A DNA stretch of 56,338 nucleotides, from positions 218,586 through 274,923 of the forward strand of contig JAZJXT010000001.1 of assembly GCA_040390725.1 (NCBI GenBank), read 5' to 3'. This stretch comes from Patescibacteria group bacterium. GTDB lineage: Bacteria; Patescibacteriota; Minisyncoccia; Phycocordibacterales; UBA9973. Positions 53,058 to 56,338 of this stretch are shown here, piece after piece. The position numbers were made by a program, and so were the translations under genes. A model generated the notes under the pieces. That model saw nothing but the letters and a program-made list of their open reading frames with translations. It did not search any database and was not told where the DNA came from. The first letter of the stretch is position 1. The number at the start of each line of letters is the position of its first letter.

Positions 53058-55619
53058 TTATTTCTTTAAAAATTCAGTAATTTTATTTTGGTCATGATTC
53101 AGCCAAGCGATGTTGCCTTCAAGGCGTTCTTTGACTTGTTCTATCGCGCGCTTTGCGCCGGGGGCTTCGTGAGTGGCAAAGAATTTTTTAAATGATGTTA
53201 AATGTTTTTCTTCAGCGCTCGCGGAAATGGCTTTTATTGCTCTGGCCAGGGTATGTCCGCCGTCGCCATAACGCGAGACTAAAACTTTCCAATTATTTTT
53301 TACAAAATTCCACCAGATGTCCCGACCCATAGGGTTTGCTCCTACAGAAGAAATGATACCGATGGTATCTTGAGTTCGCACTTCTTTTGAGAATGCAAAT
53401 TCACAAGTTTTTTTCAAGAGTTCAGCATTTTTAAAATCTCCCAATGCTCCGCCGATGCGATTTTTTTCTTCGTGCAAAGTTTCTTTTTTGTAAAGTTCTA
53501 TAAAAGTTTTATATTCTTTTTTACCGCCATTAGTTGCATTGATTGCATATATTGCTCCGCGCAGGTCCGGGTTTATTTTCTCACCTTTTTGCATTTTTGA
53601 AAACTTTATTTTTGCTTCAGTAATTATTTTTTTATTTCCTGATCTGCCCAAGCGCGAAATGACCAGTGAACGCAGTAATGCATCAGAGTGATTTTCATTT
53701 TCTTTTTTATCCCAAGTTAACTTTTCAAAAATAGGGGAGAATAATTCCAAAATAAATTTATCTAATTCTTTTTTTGCAGGAGTTTTAGCTATGATTTGTT
53801 CTAGTCGCGCGAGCCCAGAAGCCATTTCCACCCATACTGTGTAGTTATCTTCATTTTTGTAAGCGCTCAAGAATTCCAATGCATCAGTGGTCGGTATCAC
53901 ACCAGCTTCACTCAATGCAAATAAATCACGCACAATGCCGAGCCTATCCGATGCGCTGAAACTTTTATTTTCTACCGGTTCCACAAGTCGCAATAAAAGT
54001 TCTCTTGAATACGCTGTTCTGTAAAAACCTGTTTCGCCAGGATTTACTTTTATATAAGAATTTTCTTTTAAAACAGAAAAAGGTATCTTCCATTTTGTTT
54101 TGTCTTTTGTTCTCTTTTTTGAAATAGGACTTGCGAAAAATCTTTCTTGTGAAAGTTTTAAATTATTTTTTACGAGTTCGGCTTTGACTACAGGGTATCC
54201 ACCTTTACCAGTCCAAGTATTCATCATTTTGGCGACAGGTTTTTTGGAAACTTTTTCAAATGCTTGCCAGAGGTGTATAGTCTCGGTATTTTTATAACTA
54301 TGCTTTTTTAAATAATATCGCAAACCATCGCGGAAATTTTCTTCACCTAAATAATTCGCAAGCATTCGGATAATAGAAGCGCCTTTTGAATATGAAACTT
54401 CGTCGAAAATCTCGCCTATTTCATCCGGATGATGCACCGGTATTTCAATAGGGTGCGTATGATAAAGAGCATCGAGGCGCAGTGCCACCCCTAGGTCATT
54501 GGTCGCAAATTGTGTCCAGATATCCCAGCTCGGAAAAAGCTTGTCCACTGCCAAGTATTCTATATATGAAGCAAAGCCTTCATTGAGCCATAAATGTGTC
54601 CACCATTCCATCGTTACTAAATTACCGAACCATTGATGCGCTAGTTCGTGAGCGATGACGAGCGCGACCCATTGCTTGTTTGAAGCGGAAGATTTCTGTT
54701 CATCTACTAATAGTGCGCTTTCGCGATAAGTAATAGCGCCCCAGTTTTCCATCGCCCCGGAAGAGAAGTCCGGAATAGCTATCATATCGAGCACGGGCAG
54801 AGGATATTTAATATCAAAATATTTTTCATAAAATTCCAAACTTTTCACCGCGCATTCTAGGGCGAATTTTGCTTGATGTTTTTTCCCTGGGACGGTGTAT
54901 ACTCGAACTCGTACATTATTTTTTGTTTTTGATTCTATAAATTCAAAATCACCGACGATAAATGCGAGTAGGTAAGTGGACATTTTTGGAGTCGGAGAAA
55001 ATTTAACTATGTCATACCCAGTGCTGTGCTCTGTCACGGAAGTCGGTAATGTATTTGAGATTGCAGTTTTGCCTTTAGGTACGATCAAAGAAACGTGAAA
55101 GATTGCTTTGTGTGCCGGTTCATCAAAACAAGGAAAGCCTCGGCGTGCGTCAGTGGATTCAAATTGTGTCGTTGCCATGTTGTTAACTTTTCCATCTACA
55201 GTGTATGAACTTTTATAAAAACCGCGCATTTTTTCGTTTAGGATACCCTTAAAAACTAAAGTTAATTTTGTTTTGCCCGTTTGAATATTTTTAGGAAAAA
55301 TAAAAGTCGCAGTTTCTGATTTCGTATCATAAGAAATTTTTCCAAATAATTTTTCTTTTCCAAACATTATTTCCGCAGTTTCTATTTCTAGTTCTTTAGA
55401 ATGAAGAGTTAAAATTTTTGTCGTTTTTAAAATGGATAAAGTTATAGTTTCAATTCCCTCAAAAGTAAAATTCTCCAAGTCCGGTCTTAGTTGTATATTG
55501 TATTCTATCGGGATAATATTTTTTGAAAGCCGTACACTCTTTATTTTTTTTCGTTTATTTTTATTTATAGACATAGACTCAAGTATAGTCTTTTTTACCA
55601 TAATTTCAAGATTTTTCAA
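53058..55619 (-). CDS. pepN: M1-family aminopeptidase N
   Basis: 853 aa. GAMENWG exopeptidase motif and HELAHQWFGNLVTMEWWTHLWLNEGFA zinc site. The exact start (M1, M7 or M16) is uncertain. Confidence 0.92.
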   Translation of the reverse strand: MKNLEIMVKKTILESMSINKNKRKKIKSVRLSKNIIPIEYNIQLRPDLENFTFEGIETITLSILKTTKILTLHSKELEIETAEIMFGKEKLFGKISYDTKSETATFIFPKNIQTGKTKLTLVFKGILNEKMRGFYKSSYTVDGKVNNMATTQFESTDARRGFPCFDEPAHKAIFHVSLIVPKGKTAISNTLPTSVTEHSTGYDIVKFSPTPKMSTYLLAFIVGDFEFIESKTKNNVRVRVYTVPGKKHQAKFALECAVKSLEFYEKYFDIKYPLPVLDMIAIPDFSSGAMENWGAITYRESALLVDEQKSSASNKQWVALVIAHELAHQWFGNLVTMEWWTHLWLNEGFASYIEYLAVDKLFPSWDIWTQFATNDLGVALRLDALYHTHPIEIPVHHPDEIGEIFDEVSYSKGASIIRMLANYLGEENFRDGLRYYLKKHSYKNTETIHLWQAFEKVSKKPVAKMMNTWTGKGGYPVVKAELVKNNLKLSQERFFASPISKKRTKDKTKWKIPFSVLKENSYIKVNPGETGFYRTAYSRELLLRLVEPVENKSFSASDRLGIVRDLFALSEAGVIPTTDALEFLSAYKNEDNYTVWVEMASGLARLEQIIAKTPAKKELDKFILELFSPIFEKLTWDKKENENHSDALLRSLVISRLGRSGNKKIITEAKIKFSKMQKGEKINPDLRGAIYAINATNGGKKEYKTFIELYKKETLHEEKNRIGGALGDFKNAELLKKTCEFAFSKEVRTQDTIGIISSVGANPMGRDIWWNFVKNNWKVLVSRYGDGGHTLARAIKAISASAEEKHLTSFKKFFATHEAPGAKRAIEQVKERLEGNIAWLNHDQNKITEFLKK

Positions 55620-55627
55620 AAAGGTCG

Positions 55628-55655
55628 TTGCTTTTAAATGTTTTTATGTTATACT
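55628..55655 (+). promoter_or_regulatory. Extended -10 promoter: TTGCTT, 16-nt spacer, TGtTATACT
   Basis: The same TATGTTATACTA 12-mer recurs at 56223-56234, upstream of tRNA-Ile. This promoter would give a 5' UTR of about 135 nt for the RRM gene. Confidence 0.45.
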
Positions 55656-55795
55656 AATTTGGTAGTTTCTCAGGAGCTTTTTGTTTAAGTTGTGAGTTTT
55701 GATTTTTGGGCACCAATGAAGTCAATTGAGCGATAAGAGTATCTACGCATTATAAATAGTTTTTGCCCGATTTTTAAAAAACGGGAGAAATAAAA

Positions 55796-56137
55796 ATGGC
55801 TACAAAGCTATACGTAGGGGGACTCCCTTACAGTACTCAAGAAGATGCTCTTAAGGAGCTTTTCGCACAAGCAGGAAGTGTTACTTCCGCTGTGATTATC
55901 ATGGACAAAATGTCCGGTCGCTCAAAAGGTTTCGGATTCGTCGAAATGGCAGGAGACGATGAGGCTCAAAAGGCTATCTCTATGTTCAACGGACAAGAAT
56001 TCGAAGGACGCAAGCTCACAGTCAACGAAGCTCGCCCTATGGAAGCTCGACCACCAAGAACTGGTGGATCAGGCGGATACGGAGGAGGTTCTGGTGGTTA
56101 CGGCGGTGGAAACCGTGGTGGACGCCGAGAATACTAA
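55796..56137 (+). CDS. RRM-domain RNA-binding protein with a Gly-rich tail
   Basis: 113 aa. RNP2 LYVGGL, RNP1 KGFGFVEM, and a C-terminal GGSGGYGGGSGGYGGGNRGGRR. Confidence 0.9.
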   Translation: MATKLYVGGLPYSTQEDALKELFAQAGSVTSAVIIMDKMSGRSKGFGFVEMAGDDEAQKAISMFNGQEFEGRKLTVNEARPMEARPPRTGGSGGYGGGSGGYGGGNRGGRREY

Positions 56138-56164
56138 ATCTCTTAGATATTTTCAAAAATAAAA

Positions 56165-56190
56165 GCCCGGCTTAAATGTCGGGTTTTTAT
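56165..56190 (+). terminator. Rho-independent terminator CCCGGC-TTAAAT-GTCGGG + TTTTTATTT
   Basis: Follows the RRM gene stop by about 27 nt. Confidence 0.7.
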
Positions 56191-56233
56191 TTGCTAAAAA
56201 TTACTTTTTTTATTATACTCACTATGTTATACT
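56191..56233 (+). promoter_or_regulatory. Tandem promoters upstream of tRNA-Ile
   Basis: TTGCTA (56191-56196), 17-nt spacer, TATACT (56214-56219). A second TGtTATACT ends at 56233. Confidence 0.4.
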
Positions 56234-56286
56234 AAAAGCGTGTGGTTTTAGGTACTTAGAGACCTTTCATGCTTAATTTATAATTT

Positions 56287-56338
56287 GAGCGTGTAGTTCA
56301 GTGGTAGAACGCTGTCCTGATAAGACAGAGGTCGATGG
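56287..56338 (+). tRNA. tRNA-Ile (anticodon GAU), 3' end truncated by window edge
   Basis: Acceptor GAGCGTG, D arm GTTC-AGTGGTA-GAAC, anticodon stem CTGTC/GACAG with loop CTGATAA. Confidence 0.8.

Noticed and set aside
1-56338. CRISPR arrays, IS elements, integrases, reverse transcriptases (DGR or retron), rRNA operons
   Set aside because: No regularly spaced repeat array was seen. No ORF in the track shows transposase, integrase or RT motifs. There is no rRNA-like sequence adjacent to the tRNA genes within the window.

Overview
AT-rich, gene-dense bacterial chromosome segment, about 70 CDS and 7 tRNA genes, two of them cut by the window ends. ORFs are intact under the standard code. The content is mostly housekeeping. 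It includes glycolysis (eno, gpmI); six aminoacyl-tRNA synthetases (valS, lysS, cysS, trpS, aspS); a division and cell-wall cluster (rpsU-ybeY-ftsA-ftsZ and mraZ-rsmH-ftsL-like-ftsI-murF); replication and repair (dnaB, recR, rmuC); a flavin/pterin cofactor cluster (riboflavin kinase, ribE, ribH, ribBA, queD, folE, PCD); and fumC, a PiT phosphate transporter, pepN and an RRM RNA-binding protein. Several enzymes are domain-minimal: a GlmU-like protein with only the N-terminal domain, a stand-alone riboflavin kinase, AspRS without the GAD domain, and a short ValRS. Together with many small orphan membrane or secreted ORFs, this suggests a reduced genome of the Patescibacteria/CPR type; that placement is inference only. 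I saw no rRNA, CRISPR array, transposase, integrase or reverse transcriptase. Main observations: (1) A candidate ribosome-mediated Trp attenuator lies just downstream of trpS and a TrpR/YerC-like gene. It has a 28-codon leader ORF with tandem TGG codons and mutually exclusive 1:2, 2:3 and 3:4 hairpins. (2) GC-rich palindromic elements are inserted in frame in two conserved enzymes, tsaD (96 nt) and gpmI (44 nt, perfect 20-bp stem). (3) Two pairs of direct repeats bracket orphan genes in a small accessory islet next to tRNA-Glu. (4) An identical 13-mer containing a perfect DnaA-box consensus sits upstream of two TTGCAT promoters. (5) A CTAG heptamer tandem repeat lies between ftsZ and trxB. (6) A 467-aa orphan ORF is adjacent to tRNA-Glu(CUC), a GreA-C-terminal-like gene and rmuC.
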